This document shows, piece by piece, positions 18,582 to 27,454 of a DNA stretch of 61,630 bases. The position numbers and the translations under genes are program-made. The stretch comes from a virus (Duplodnaviria > Caudoviricetes). Each line of letters starts with the position of its first letter. The first letter of the stretch is position 1. The DNA lies in IMG/VR virus record IMGVR_UViG_3300031949_000034, positions 1 to 61,630 of that record. One strand, 5' to 3'. The notes below the pieces were generated by a model, which was not told the origin of the DNA, made no database searches, and was given only the letters and a program-made list of their open reading frames with translations.

Positions 18582-19231
18582 TGCGCTCTCCAGAAGGAGA
18601 GTCCACCCGGGGTCTGGTGGATATCGCCGTCGTAGCGGGCAACGAAGTGACCCTCGCCGTCTGCGCCGACCGCTTCCTCTGCAGCGGCCTCGATGTCGAT
18701 CCCGCCTAGCTCGAGGGCCTTCTGAAGGGCCTCCTCCTTGCTGTAGATCTCTTCCAGATACGCGATCGGCTCGCGCAGCTGTTCCACAGCGAGGAGATCG
18801 ACGAGCTCGTCCACCTCCTTCGTATTCGGGTCGCGGCGCTCGCCGTCCTCGTCCTCCTCCGGCACGTCGAGCCCCTCTCTCTCCCTGTCTTCCCAGACGC
18901 GATCGGGCTCCTCCCCGTACAGGTCGTAGAGGCTGTTCTCGACGTCGTCCTCGAGCTCCTTTCGGAGCTGAGCCTTGTCGATGTGATGCTCGAGGAAGTT
19001 TCGGTTGAAGTTCTCCGGCTCCTCCTCCAGGTCCTGCGTCACGATGGCAATGGCGAGCGCGTGCACGACATCGTCGTCCTCGGCCACGCAGTACTCCTTC
19101 GAGCCGAAGGTGACGCGGTAGACCTGGCCCACTCGGAAGCTCGAGTAGCCGCGGTCCACTTCCGCGTCGAGGTCGCGCTTCTCGGCGTCGAGCGCGAGGG
19201 CCATTTCCTTCAGGACGGTGGACTTGTTCAT
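18578..19231 (-). CDS. highly acidic protein (~27% D+E)
   Basis: Manual count about 59/217. Confidence 0.75.
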   Translation of the reverse strand: MNKSTVLKEMALALDAEKRDLDAEVDRGYSSFRVGQVYRVTFGSKEYCVAEDDDVVHALAIAIVTQDLEEEPENFNRNFLEHHIDKAQLRKELEDDVENSLYDLYGEEPDRVWEDREREGLDVPEEDEDGERRDPNTKEVDELVDLLAVEQLREPIAYLEEIYSKEEALQKALELGGIDIEAAAEEAVGADGEGHFVARYDGDIHQTPGGLSFWRAQ

Positions 19232-19506
19232 ACGCCGCGCCTCCTGCCTGCTATCAGCACGTCATACGTATCTCGTCCAATCTCTCTCCATCTCCATTCC
19301 TTGGTTTTCAAAGCTACCAACTTCCTGGATCTGCCTATTTTCTTCTCCATGAAGTCAGCGGCAGCCTCCTCTGCCATCCGACGCAGAGAGCGTTCTTGTT
19401 CTGGCGAGAGCCCGTCGATCAATTCTCGCGGCAGCTCGACAGAGATCAGTACATTGACGTCCGCCTCGACTGGTATTTCCAGGCGTACCGGGCCTCGCTT
19501 TTTCAT
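19228..19506 (-). CDS. hypothetical protein, lower GC
   Basis: 4-bp overlaps on both sides. Confidence 0.6.
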   Translation of the reverse strand: MKKRGPVRLEIPVEADVNVLISVELPRELIDGLSPEQERSLRRMAEEAAADFMEKKIGRSRKLVALKTKEWRWREIGRDTYDVLIAGRRRGV

Positions 19507-20171
19507 GCTGCCTTCTCCTGAAAATGCGTGCGCAGGAGCTCGTACGCGGCGTTCAGGCGCTGAAGGCGCTCCGTGTTCTTCTTCCGGCTCGCCTCCGACT
19601 GCGGAGCATCCGCGTTGTGCTTCACGACGAGCGACTTGTACCGCCGCTTCACCTCGTCAACCGTCGCTCCGGGGCGGAGCTTCAGGGTACGGAACGCCGC
19701 GGCTAGCTTGCTCGCGTCGGTCTCTTCAGAAGCTCGGCGCGGTCCCGGGCCCGGGCCCCGGCCTCGGGTCGTCGCCCGCGCGCCGGCAACGCATACGCCG
19801 CAGATCGCTGAGGCCGTGTAGTCGATCCGACAGTGAGCAAGGCAGCACGGCCGCCCGCAGCAATCGCACTGCACGACGGCCGCGGCGTCGCAGGAACTGA
19901 GCCTGCCGTCACGCCCCATGTGGGGTACGCTGCAGATCTCGCCCCGCGCTACTGCGATCGGCCACTTCGCAAGCGCATGCTGGGTGAGGTAGATGCCCCA
20001 CTCACGAATCTGCTCTACGATCTCGGTCGCCGTGCTCGCGTGCACGCGTCCGGTAGCGAGCACTGCCTCGAGCCACCCATCGAGCAGCGACGTGAACGCC
20101 CCTGTGCCGCGGCGTGCCCCCGTGAAGAGGCTGCCGAGCTCGGTGATGGGATCGCGACGTCTGCTGGCCAT
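19503..20171 (-). CDS. Zn-finger plus J-domain-like protein
   Basis: Cys cluster; TLKLRPGATVDEVKRRYKSLVVKHNAD...LNAAYELL. Confidence 0.8.
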   Translation of the reverse strand: MASRRRDPITELGSLFTGARRGTGAFTSLLDGWLEAVLATGRVHASTATEIVEQIREWGIYLTQHALAKWPIAVARGEICSVPHMGRDGRLSSCDAAAVVQCDCCGRPCCLAHCRIDYTASAICGVCVAGARATTRGRGPGPGPRRASEETDASKLAAAFRTLKLRPGATVDEVKRRYKSLVVKHNADAPQSEASRKKNTERLQRLNAAYELLRTHFQEKAA

Positions 20172-20221
20172 TTCCCGGTTCCCTGGCAGGGGGGCCCGGG
20201 CGCCCGGGGGCCCCGGCCCGG

Positions 20222-21052
20222 CTACTTCTTCTTCCTCTTCTGCACGACGAGCACCACGCCCGCAATGACCGCCGCTCCGAGGCCGTACATAGCCATCCGG
20301 CTCATCTGCATGGGCGACGCCGGCGCGGCCTCTCCCGTCACCTTCTCTTCGAGCGAGAAGTACGGCGGGCTCACCTCCGCGCCCGATCCAGCGGCCAGGC
20401 GCGGGAAGGTCGACGCGAGGTAGGCCTCGCCGTAGGAGGCGCTCGAGCGGTAGCTCTCGACGAGCGCGGCGATGCCGGCACCGTTCGGGTACATCCGTGG
20501 CTCCATCACCGTGAGCGTCTCCGGGGCCACGCCCTTCGCGGTGGCTACGGCCTGCGCCGCCTGAAACCACGCTGCCGAGGCTGCGTCGTCCCAGATGCCG
20601 CTGTCGTACCAGGCGGGGCTGTAGATCTGCTGCCCCTCCGGCGTGAGCGTGAGCGCTGGCGCCGCCAGGGCGACGGCCATCTTGAGCTCCGTCAGCACGG
20701 CAGGATCGGAGAGATCGAGCGACGCCGTCGCGCCGAGTCCCGAGAGGAAATACTCGCCAAGCCCGCGGAGGCCCCTGCGGCGCCGGTAGCGGCCGAGGCT
20801 GCCGTCCCGATAGGCTAGGAGCGCGCCGTTGCCGTCCGCGCCCGGGCGTCCGCCGAGAACGCCGTCCGCGTACGCGTGGAGCTGGCCCTCGATCTGCCCG
20901 AGGCTGCCGTCCCGGAACGCCTGCAGCGGCCCCGGCATCGGATCGCCTCCGTGGCCACCGACGACGCCGTCGCGGTACGCCGCGAGCATGCCGTCGTACT
21001 GTCCCAATCCCGCAGCGCCTTCTGTGATCGCAACCGGTCCGAAGTACGACAT
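20222..21052 (-). CDS. putative virion membrane protein with A(Y/F)RDG repeats
   Basis: Four repeats, GLGEYF, C-terminal TM and KRKKK. Confidence 0.75.
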   Translation of the reverse strand: MSYFGPVAITEGAAGLGQYDGMLAAYRDGVVGGHGGDPMPGPLQAFRDGSLGQIEGQLHAYADGVLGGRPGADGNGALLAYRDGSLGRYRRRRGLRGLGEYFLSGLGATASLDLSDPAVLTELKMAVALAAPALTLTPEGQQIYSPAWYDSGIWDDAASAAWFQAAQAVATAKGVAPETLTVMEPRMYPNGAGIAALVESYRSSASYGEAYLASTFPRLAAGSGAEVSPPYFSLEEKVTGEAAPASPMQMSRMAMYGLGAAVIAGVVLVVQKRKKK

Positions 21053-21086
21053 CTGGATCTATCCTTCTCGGGGAGAATACCCCGAC

Positions 21087-21320
21087 CTAGCCCTCGACGA
21101 AAGCCTGGAACTTGTCGTGCAGGGCGTGCATCACGACGGCGCCGGCCAGAGCGCCGACCCCAAACCATGCCCACCCCGGCACACTCTCACCCGGGGCGAA
21201 GCCGAGCGTCCGCCCGACCAGGCCGAGCGGCCCCCCCATGTGATCGAGGAGCGGCCCCGCCGCCCGGGCCGCGGCCCTGGCGTTCTCAGGGGTTCCAGCG
21301 ATGGCGACGAGGTTGTTCAT
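21087..21320 (-). CDS. small membrane protein
   Basis: Hydrophobic C-terminal half. Confidence 0.6.
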   Translation of the reverse strand: MNNLVAIAGTPENARAAARAAGPLLDHMGGPLGLVGRTLGFAPGESVPGWAWFGVGALAGAVVMHALHDKFQAFVEG

Positions 21321-21331
21321 GCTGGTGGAGC

Positions 21332-22093
21332 TTACCGCCTACTTCTCCGGTAGAGGTAGTAGCCGCCGCCCCCGGCGGCCAGGAGCAGGAGGATCCCACC
21401 GACGCCGAGCATGCTCGCCGAGCGGTTCCCGCCCTCCTCCAGAGGAGGCACACCGGTGGGAGGCGCGGGGGGGACGTACGGAGGCGGCATCGCCGTCGTC
21501 GGTGGCGAGCCCGACGGCGGGGGTTCACTCACGCTCGAGCACGACGGGATGGCGAGCAGACGGTTCCAGTACGTCTGGTCCTTCATGTAGAGCCAGCACA
21601 TCGCGTTCTTGACGTTGTCCGGCCCGTTGAATCCGTACGACTGGCAGTAGCCGATGAGGGACGTGACGCTGTCCTCGAGACACGGCGGCGTCCGCAGGAA
21701 GGACGGCGTCGTGCAGTACGGCAGCCCGAAGTACAGAATCCACGCGCCGCTCTCGATCCAGCTCCGGACGTCGTCCGGTACGGGCTCTCCCATGATGTAG
21801 CGGGACATGTACTGCGCGGTCATCTCGTCGATGCAGTGCGGCCGCTGGCAGTCTGGCAGCCCCTGCAGCATGCACGGATCCTGTCCGGCAAGCCTACCGG
21901 TCATCTCCTGCGGGCTCCGCGTCTGCCCGAGCCCGCGGAGCGTGCGTGACCGACACGCGCGCTGCGCCTCGATGCGCTCCTCCGGCGTCACGCACGTGGG
22001 TCCGCTCGATAGAGCCATACCGGTCGGACCGATGTTCGCAAACCCGAGTCCGCTCTGACCTCGACCTCTTCGGGCCACGTTGCCGTACATCAT
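21332..22093 (-). CDS. Cys-rich tail-anchored protein (paralog 1)
   Basis: YCQSYGFNGPD...NAMCW; Pro linker; TM. Confidence 0.75.
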   Translation of the reverse strand: MMYGNVARRGRGQSGLGFANIGPTGMALSSGPTCVTPEERIEAQRACRSRTLRGLGQTRSPQEMTGRLAGQDPCMLQGLPDCQRPHCIDEMTAQYMSRYIMGEPVPDDVRSWIESGAWILYFGLPYCTTPSFLRTPPCLEDSVTSLIGYCQSYGFNGPDNVKNAMCWLYMKDQTYWNRLLAIPSCSSVSEPPPSGSPPTTAMPPPYVPPAPPTGVPPLEEGGNRSASMLGVGGILLLLAAGGGGYYLYRRSRR

Positions 22094-22911
22094 GTCCTCC
22101 GCCGTCGCGTGACGTAGACCACGGCTCCGACGCCGACGACGACGGCGCCGATGATACCGAGTGTGCGCATGCTCATCCGCTGTCGCTCGGGCAATGGCTC
22201 GAGATCAGGCGGCACGTCGAACGCTCCCCCGTCGTCGGGGTACACCGACGACGGCGTGGAATCGTCCGGGGTGTAGGACGACGGAGGCGCGTAGTCCGCC
22301 GGCGGGGCGGGCGGCGGCATGTCGTAGGCAGGAGGCGAGTACGCCGGCGGCGAGTACGCTGGAGGCGCCGTGTAGGCGGGAGGACTCAGCACGGGCGTAG
22401 GCGTCGTCTCTGAACGAGGCGGCGCTGGGGGCGAGTACACCGGCGGAGGAGGAGCCGGCGGCGCCAGCGCGCTACACCTGGGCGTGTCGAGGACGCGCCG
22501 GTACGCCGTCGGCCAGCGGGAGCCCACCCAGCAGGCAGCGTTCAGGGTGCGATCCGGACCTTGGAAGTTCGGATACCGGCCGCAGTACTCGATGCTGGCC
22601 AAGTCACTATCGGTGTCCTGATAGCACTCCGGCCACTCCGCCACTGACGGCGCATCCCCTGCGCAGCCCGGCTTCAGGAATACCCCACACTCCGTCAGCG
22701 CCTGGCACACGGCCGCGAAGGCGAGGGGGTTCATGTCGTCGGGCGGCAGTCCGGCGATGCACGACCCGAACATCGTCGCGTAGTCCATCGTGAGACACGG
22801 CATCTGTGAGAAGCCCTGCCGCACCGCGTCCGTGCAGCCCCCTGCGCGCCAGATCGCTTCGAGGAAGGCCCGCTGCACCGCGGGACTGATCACACCGAGT
22901 CCGTGCATCAT
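22090..22911 (-). CDS. Cys-rich tail-anchored protein (paralog 2)
   Basis: YCGRYPNFQGPD...NAACW; YSPPA repeats; TM. Confidence 0.75.
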   Translation of the reverse strand: MMHGLGVISPAVQRAFLEAIWRAGGCTDAVRQGFSQMPCLTMDYATMFGSCIAGLPPDDMNPLAFAAVCQALTECGVFLKPGCAGDAPSVAEWPECYQDTDSDLASIEYCGRYPNFQGPDRTLNAACWVGSRWPTAYRRVLDTPRCSALAPPAPPPPVYSPPAPPRSETTPTPVLSPPAYTAPPAYSPPAYSPPAYDMPPPAPPADYAPPSSYTPDDSTPSSVYPDDGGAFDVPPDLEPLPERQRMSMRTLGIIGAVVVGVGAVVYVTRRRRT

Positions 22912-23504
22912 CTCGGGCCTCGCTTCTTTTTCTTCATCATGAGCGCCACGAACCCGATGCCGACCGCGCCGATTGCAGCGGCCGCGAGCAGATTCTTCTT
23001 GGTTGCGTCCGCTGGCGCCGTAGCCTGTCCGGGCACCACGACTTCATCGGGCGGCGCATCCTGCCCGACGCCGAAGATCGAGCGCGACGTCGATTCCGAT
23101 GCGCCGACGCCGCTTGCCCCCGGGCATAGGGCACGCTGCAGCCAGCGCGTCCTGTACGCTGGGTACCGCGCCATTTTGAAGCAGTACTTGTTCCAGTTGC
23201 CGTCAGCCCCCCTGAAGGTCGGATTGGCGAGGCAGTACTTCCGCACCGCATTCGTCCCCGTGTTGATGCACGTCGGGATCTGCCCGAACATCGCCACCTC
23301 GTCCGTCGGACACCCCACCTTCGTGAGCGCGCCGCAATCACTGAGCGCCATGCATGCTGCGGCATGTATCCACGGATGCACGCCCGTCGGCGGCGCGCCG
23401 TAGCAGGTGGACAGATCGCGGACCATGCTGGTCGAAAGGCACTTCTGCGCCCGCGCCTGCTGGCAGTAGATCTGCGGATTCATATACATGTCGAGGATTG
23501 CCAT
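22908..23504 (-). CDS. Cys-rich tail-anchored protein (paralog 3)
   Basis: YCLANPTFRGAD...NKYCF; TM and KKKKR. Confidence 0.75.
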   Translation of the reverse strand: MAILDMYMNPQIYCQQARAQKCLSTSMVRDLSTCYGAPPTGVHPWIHAAACMALSDCGALTKVGCPTDEVAMFGQIPTCINTGTNAVRKYCLANPTFRGADGNWNKYCFKMARYPAYRTRWLQRALCPGASGVGASESTSRSIFGVGQDAPPDEVVVPGQATAPADATKKNLLAAAAIGAVGIGFVALMMKKKKRGPR

Positions 23505-24313
23505 CACGCAGTCTCCTTTTTGACCTGGCGCCACACGAAGAACGCGCCCACCGCGACCGCCACGCCCACCGCCCACGGCTTCCAGTCGGGCGAAGGAGCG
23601 ATGGCTACAGAGCGCGGAGTCGCTGACGCAGGCGCAGGCGCCGCAGGCGCGGGCGGCAGAGGAGGAGGAGAGGCGCGGGCGGGCGACTCGATGAGATTGT
23701 GCATCTCGAGCGCGCTCGAGAAGGACGTCGCTGGCCAGTCGCGCGTGGTGCTCGAGCCGGCGGGGATCTGCATACCAAAAACGAGTACGCCTTCAGCGAT
23801 CGCCGCCGTCTGCTCGAGGCTCCGGGGATGAGCGGGCACCTCGGGATCGTCGAGCCGCTCTCCCCAGTAGAGAAAGAAGATGGTCGGGATGGGCTTGCCG
23901 TCGTCCTGACGGTAGACCGCCTGCGTTTCGTACGCTCGGTAGGGCGTGCCGCTCCAGAGCGAGTCCGCCTCCAGGCTCGTGAGCGGCGTCTGGCTCAGGA
24001 TCGCCACGAACGGCACCGGTGAGCCGAAGGTCACGTCCAGCGCAGCCTGCAGGGCCACGTCGGTGAGCCGCCAGAGCGCTGTGTTCGTGTCGGGTGCGCG
24101 CTCCGGAGACTCCCACTCCACGTCGCTTACCCGCGTCGCCCACGGCGTGTAGACGCCGAGAGGAGCGAGGCCGAGCGCGTCGACCAGATCGGTGAGGAGC
24201 GACGCCATGGGGAGCTGCCCGAGGCTGGTGCCGAGCGGCGCGGCATCGAGCCTGAGGCCGCTTCGCACCGGATCGGAGATCCGGCTGTATGGGACGCGCA
24301 CGGGGGACTTCAC
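23504..24313 (-). CDS. tail-anchored putative virion protein
   Basis: Pro/Ala linker and C-terminal TM. Confidence 0.7.
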   Translation of the reverse strand: MKSPVRVPYSRISDPVRSGLRLDAAPLGTSLGQLPMASLLTDLVDALGLAPLGVYTPWATRVSDVEWESPERAPDTNTALWRLTDVALQAALDVTFGSPVPFVAILSQTPLTSLEADSLWSGTPYRAYETQAVYRQDDGKPIPTIFFLYWGERLDDPEVPAHPRSLEQTAAIAEGVLVFGMQIPAGSSTTRDWPATSFSSALEMHNLIESPARASPPPLPPAPAAPAPASATPRSVAIAPSPDWKPWAVGVAVAVGAFFVWRQVKKETA

Positions 24314-24327
24314 GGCTGGCTCCTCGT

Positions 24328-24473
24328 GTCAGCGAGAGAAAGAGACTGGTCGACAGTTTCCGAACACCGGGTGACTCTACGCATTTTGTCCAACGCGAAA
24401 GCGGTCCGCTGCCCACCGCCACGTCCGAAGACGTAGTGAAGATGCTCTCGACCAGCCTCTTTCTCTCGCTGAC
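24328..24473. repeat. 26-bp inverted repeat (1 mismatch) enclosing 94 bp
   Basis: 24328-24353 vs reverse complement of 24448-24473. Confidence 0.85.
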
Positions 24474-24482
24474 CTCGGGGTG

Positions 24483-25403
24483 TCACCGGGGACCTCCCCC
24501 ACGCGAGGCGTATCCACCGCTCGCGTTCGTCATGGGTTTCATGCACTCGTTCATCGAATCGATCCACTCCTCTGGCAGTAGCAGTCCTCCGATATCGTAC
24601 TCGAAGAATGCCACAGGACTCGGGATGGGCCGAAAGATCACGCACCGGAGTTGCACGACCTGGTTGGCGCGCACGAGCAGCGTGAACGGCACACTCGTCG
24701 GTCCGTAGCCCTGCGGCCGCTGCGGCATGAGGGAGGTGCCGGCGCCGCTCGCCGCTGCGAACGAGCTCGCCGCTGCGATGTTGAACCGCGACGCCGGGTT
24801 GAACGGCAGCACGAGCCCGAGTTCGGTGAGGACGGGGCCGGGGTTGCCGGGAATGATCGGCGCCGTGAACGCTTCCTGCGTCGTCTGGATGGGCACCGGA
24901 TCGAGTTGAAACATCGTGTTTCCCGGGTGTTGCCCGTCGATCCTCAACTCGAACCCGAGGATGCTCGAGAAGCGCCGGGACTCGACCGGCACTGTGTCGC
25001 CCGGATCGATCCCGCTGAAGCGGTAGATGTCGGGGCGCAGATCGAAAAGGAGGAGCCCGAAGGTCTGCGGGCACTGGAACGCGCCGAGCTCGAACACGAA
25101 CGGCCTGTCCGGGTTGACGCTCGCCTGGAACATCCCTTCCTCGGGCAGCCGCCGGTAGAGCTGCTCGAACGGCGTCACCATGGGGTGCACCATGAGGGAG
25201 TTCAGAGCGCCGCCGGCGAGCTGGACGCGCTGCGCGGCGTTGCAGTCCCAGTTCGTGCCCATGCCCTCGTTCGGGGAGGCGGGGGGCGGCACATCGCCCA
25301 CTCCGCCAGGGCGGAGCATCTGGACCGCGCGCGGGGCTTCCCACGGCGGTACCCGGATGCCAGCCCGCGCCGGGTCACCCAAGAAGAGCGGCGGAGCTTG
25401 CAT
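24483..25403 (-). CDS. putative minor capsid protein (possible jelly roll)
   Basis: Beta-rich, downstream of the MCP candidate. Confidence 0.5.
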   Translation of the reverse strand: MQAPPLFLGDPARAGIRVPPWEAPRAVQMLRPGGVGDVPPPASPNEGMGTNWDCNAAQRVQLAGGALNSLMVHPMVTPFEQLYRRLPEEGMFQASVNPDRPFVFELGAFQCPQTFGLLLFDLRPDIYRFSGIDPGDTVPVESRRFSSILGFELRIDGQHPGNTMFQLDPVPIQTTQEAFTAPIIPGNPGPVLTELGLVLPFNPASRFNIAAASSFAAASGAGTSLMPQRPQGYGPTSVPFTLLVRANQVVQLRCVIFRPIPSPVAFFEYDIGGLLLPEEWIDSMNECMKPMTNASGGYASRGGGPR

Positions 25404-25412
25404 TCACGCTCC

Positions 25413-26393
25413 TTACGCTAGACGCGGCACACCGGGTGGCTGAATGATCCGGAAGCCGTGGAAGCCGATGGTGAGGAATCCGTCGGGAAGACGGCTCGCC
25501 GGATCGGTCGTGGCCGCGGGGTTCAGGGGGTCGTTCACTCCTTCCTGGACGTCGTACTGGCTGTCCAGGAACGGGAAGAGGGCGCCGGCGGCAAGGCCCG
25601 AGACGTTGCCGGCGCGGGGATTGTTCACGTGCGTCGGCCGGATCTTCCATTGCATGGTCTCGCCGCGCTCGAAGAAGTCGAGAGCGCCGAGTTGGAAGGC
25701 CGTGCTGGTCTCGCTCGCCCAGAAGACGCTCGGCACGAGCTGATTGCTGCGCGGGTAGGCCGAGCCCTGGTTCAGGAACTCGATGAAGCCGTCCCACTCC
25801 ATGGAACGGAAGCCGGACATGTTGCTCGGGCTCGCGTAGATCGGAGCGCCCGTGCCCGGGAACGCGATTCCCACCGTGGGTTGAAAGACACCCGCAGAGG
25901 CGTCGTTGACGTCGTGCACGGAGCTGATCGGCCGCCACCGGCCGCTCGAGCGCCCGACGAAGGTCCCGAGGGCCTGCGTCACCGGATCGCGCACCTGGAA
26001 CTGGAAGGCGGACAGGAAGCTCGCCATCCGCGCGACGGCTACGAAGGGACCGTCCTGCGTCACTGTCCGCGTGCCCTGGAGCTCGCCAACGGCGTTGGTC
26101 GGGATCGGGATGTCGACGAGCAGATCGTACGGGATACGCCGCCCGGGAATGCTCTCGATGTAGCGGACGTGGGCGTCTCCCGGTCCGCCGCTTCCGCTGC
26201 CACCGATGCTACGGGACTCGACCTGGCCGAGCGCGCCGGAGAGGCGACTCACCTCGCGCCGCATCTCGTCCATGTCGCGACGACTGGCACCCAGCCCGCG
26301 CGTCGCCTCTTCCTTCAGATCGTTGAACCCTCGGCCGAGAAACCCCACCTTCTGGTGGAGGTCGCCGAGCGCCTTTTCGAACGGATGCGTCAT
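25413..26393 (-). CDS. putative second jelly-roll capsid protein with N-terminal coiled coil
   Basis: QDGPFVAV...LTIGFHGFRI pattern; adjacent to the MCP candidate. Confidence 0.55.
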   Translation of the reverse strand: MTHPFEKALGDLHQKVGFLGRGFNDLKEEATRGLGASRRDMDEMRREVSRLSGALGQVESRSIGGSGSGGPGDAHVRYIESIPGRRIPYDLLVDIPIPTNAVGELQGTRTVTQDGPFVAVARMASFLSAFQFQVRDPVTQALGTFVGRSSGRWRPISSVHDVNDASAGVFQPTVGIAFPGTGAPIYASPSNMSGFRSMEWDGFIEFLNQGSAYPRSNQLVPSVFWASETSTAFQLGALDFFERGETMQWKIRPTHVNNPRAGNVSGLAAGALFPFLDSQYDVQEGVNDPLNPAATTDPASRLPDGFLTIGFHGFRIIQPPGVPRLA

Positions 26394-26456
26394 GAAAGGA
26401 TCTCCTCAAGTGAGGGAACTCGGGCTAGGCCCGGAACTCTTTCGAGAGACGAGGCC

Positions 26457-26484
26457 GCCCGGGGCGGGATCGATCCGCCCCGGG
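26457..26484. terminator. GC hairpin after the MCP gene (terminator or stabiliser)
   Basis: gcccggggcgg...ccgccccgggc; no clear U tract. Confidence 0.4.
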
Positions 26485-26499
26485 CACCCCGAAGGGCGA

Positions 26500-27288
26500 C
26501 TACTGGACGTCGCGAGCGAACAAGCCGTCGAAGGTGAACTGAATCACCTTCTGGACGCCGTCCGCAGCGTTCAGATTGTCGCGGAGCGCGAGCATGTTCC
26601 GGCCGTTGACGACGACGAAACCGAAGAGGTTTCCGTTGCCGCCGTCGGGGAGCCGGCCCATTTCCGCCTGGCACTTCACGTTCTGGCGTGGCGGCAGGAG
26701 GATCGCGCGGGCGAGCCGCAGGATCGCCGTGTGGTCCGGCGTGCCGTTGTTCCAGTGAATGAGGTCGGACGTGCCGCCCATGTCGCCATGGAGGCCGCCG
26801 CCCTCGGGGAAGTACCGAGTCGGCATGTTGGTGATCGAGAACTTGTCACCCGTGCCGTAGCTCCAGTGGAGCTGCTCTTCCGCTTGCCAGTGGAGGCGGT
26901 ACACGTCCTGGACGCTGCCGGGGTAGTTGGCGGCGCCGGGACCCGGCGCGGGCGCGGGACCGGGAGCGAAGAACGCGGCCGCACCGGCGGACGAGAAGTC
27001 GCCGTTCTGCAGCTGCGCACCGGCCGGTGCACCTTCCGCCCGGATCATCGGGTTTCGGAACCAGGTGAAGACCCGCAGGGCGAGCGTCACGTGGGACTGA
27101 TCCGATGGGAGCGTCGAACCGTTCTGCAGGTTCGTCAGCATGTTGATGTCGTCGGTCCGGGCCCGGTTGGTGAAGAGCGACTCGCGGTCGTTCACCTGGG
27201 GGCTGGTGCCGCCGAGGCCGGCGGTCCTGATCAGCGTATCGAAGAAGGGCTGGTGCACGCGCTCGCGTACGTTGGTGAGCTTTGCCAT
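26500..27288 (-). CDS. probable major capsid protein, single jelly roll (262 aa)
   Basis: QPFFDT, TNLQNGSTLPS and terminal DGLFARDVQ resemble P23-77 VP16/VP17-like proteins from memory; strong AAGGAG RBS. Confidence 0.7.
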   Translation of the reverse strand: MAKLTNVRERVHQPFFDTLIRTAGLGGTSPQVNDRESLFTNRARTDDINMLTNLQNGSTLPSDQSHVTLALRVFTWFRNPMIRAEGAPAGAQLQNGDFSSAGAAAFFAPGPAPAPGPGAANYPGSVQDVYRLHWQAEEQLHWSYGTGDKFSITNMPTRYFPEGGGLHGDMGGTSDLIHWNNGTPDHTAILRLARAILLPPRQNVKCQAEMGRLPDGGNGNLFGFVVVNGRNMLALRDNLNAADGVQKVIQFTFDGLFARDVQ

Positions 27289-27454
27289 GTCTTTGAACTC
27301 CTTTGGAGGTCGGTTTGTCGGCCCCGGGTACCGTTTTTCTTGGGGTGTCGTCCCCGTGATCCCGAAGCCTGGGGTGTTTGCTTTCAACGCCCCGAGCCCC
27401 GGGTCGCCGGTTTTCCGGCGGGTCCCGAGGCTGGGGCGGCTTGTGACCAGTCGC

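Noticed and set aside
24328-24473. Retron msr-msd or known ribozyme
   Set aside because: No reverse transcriptase in the window, no long msd hairpin, and no ribozyme core recognised.
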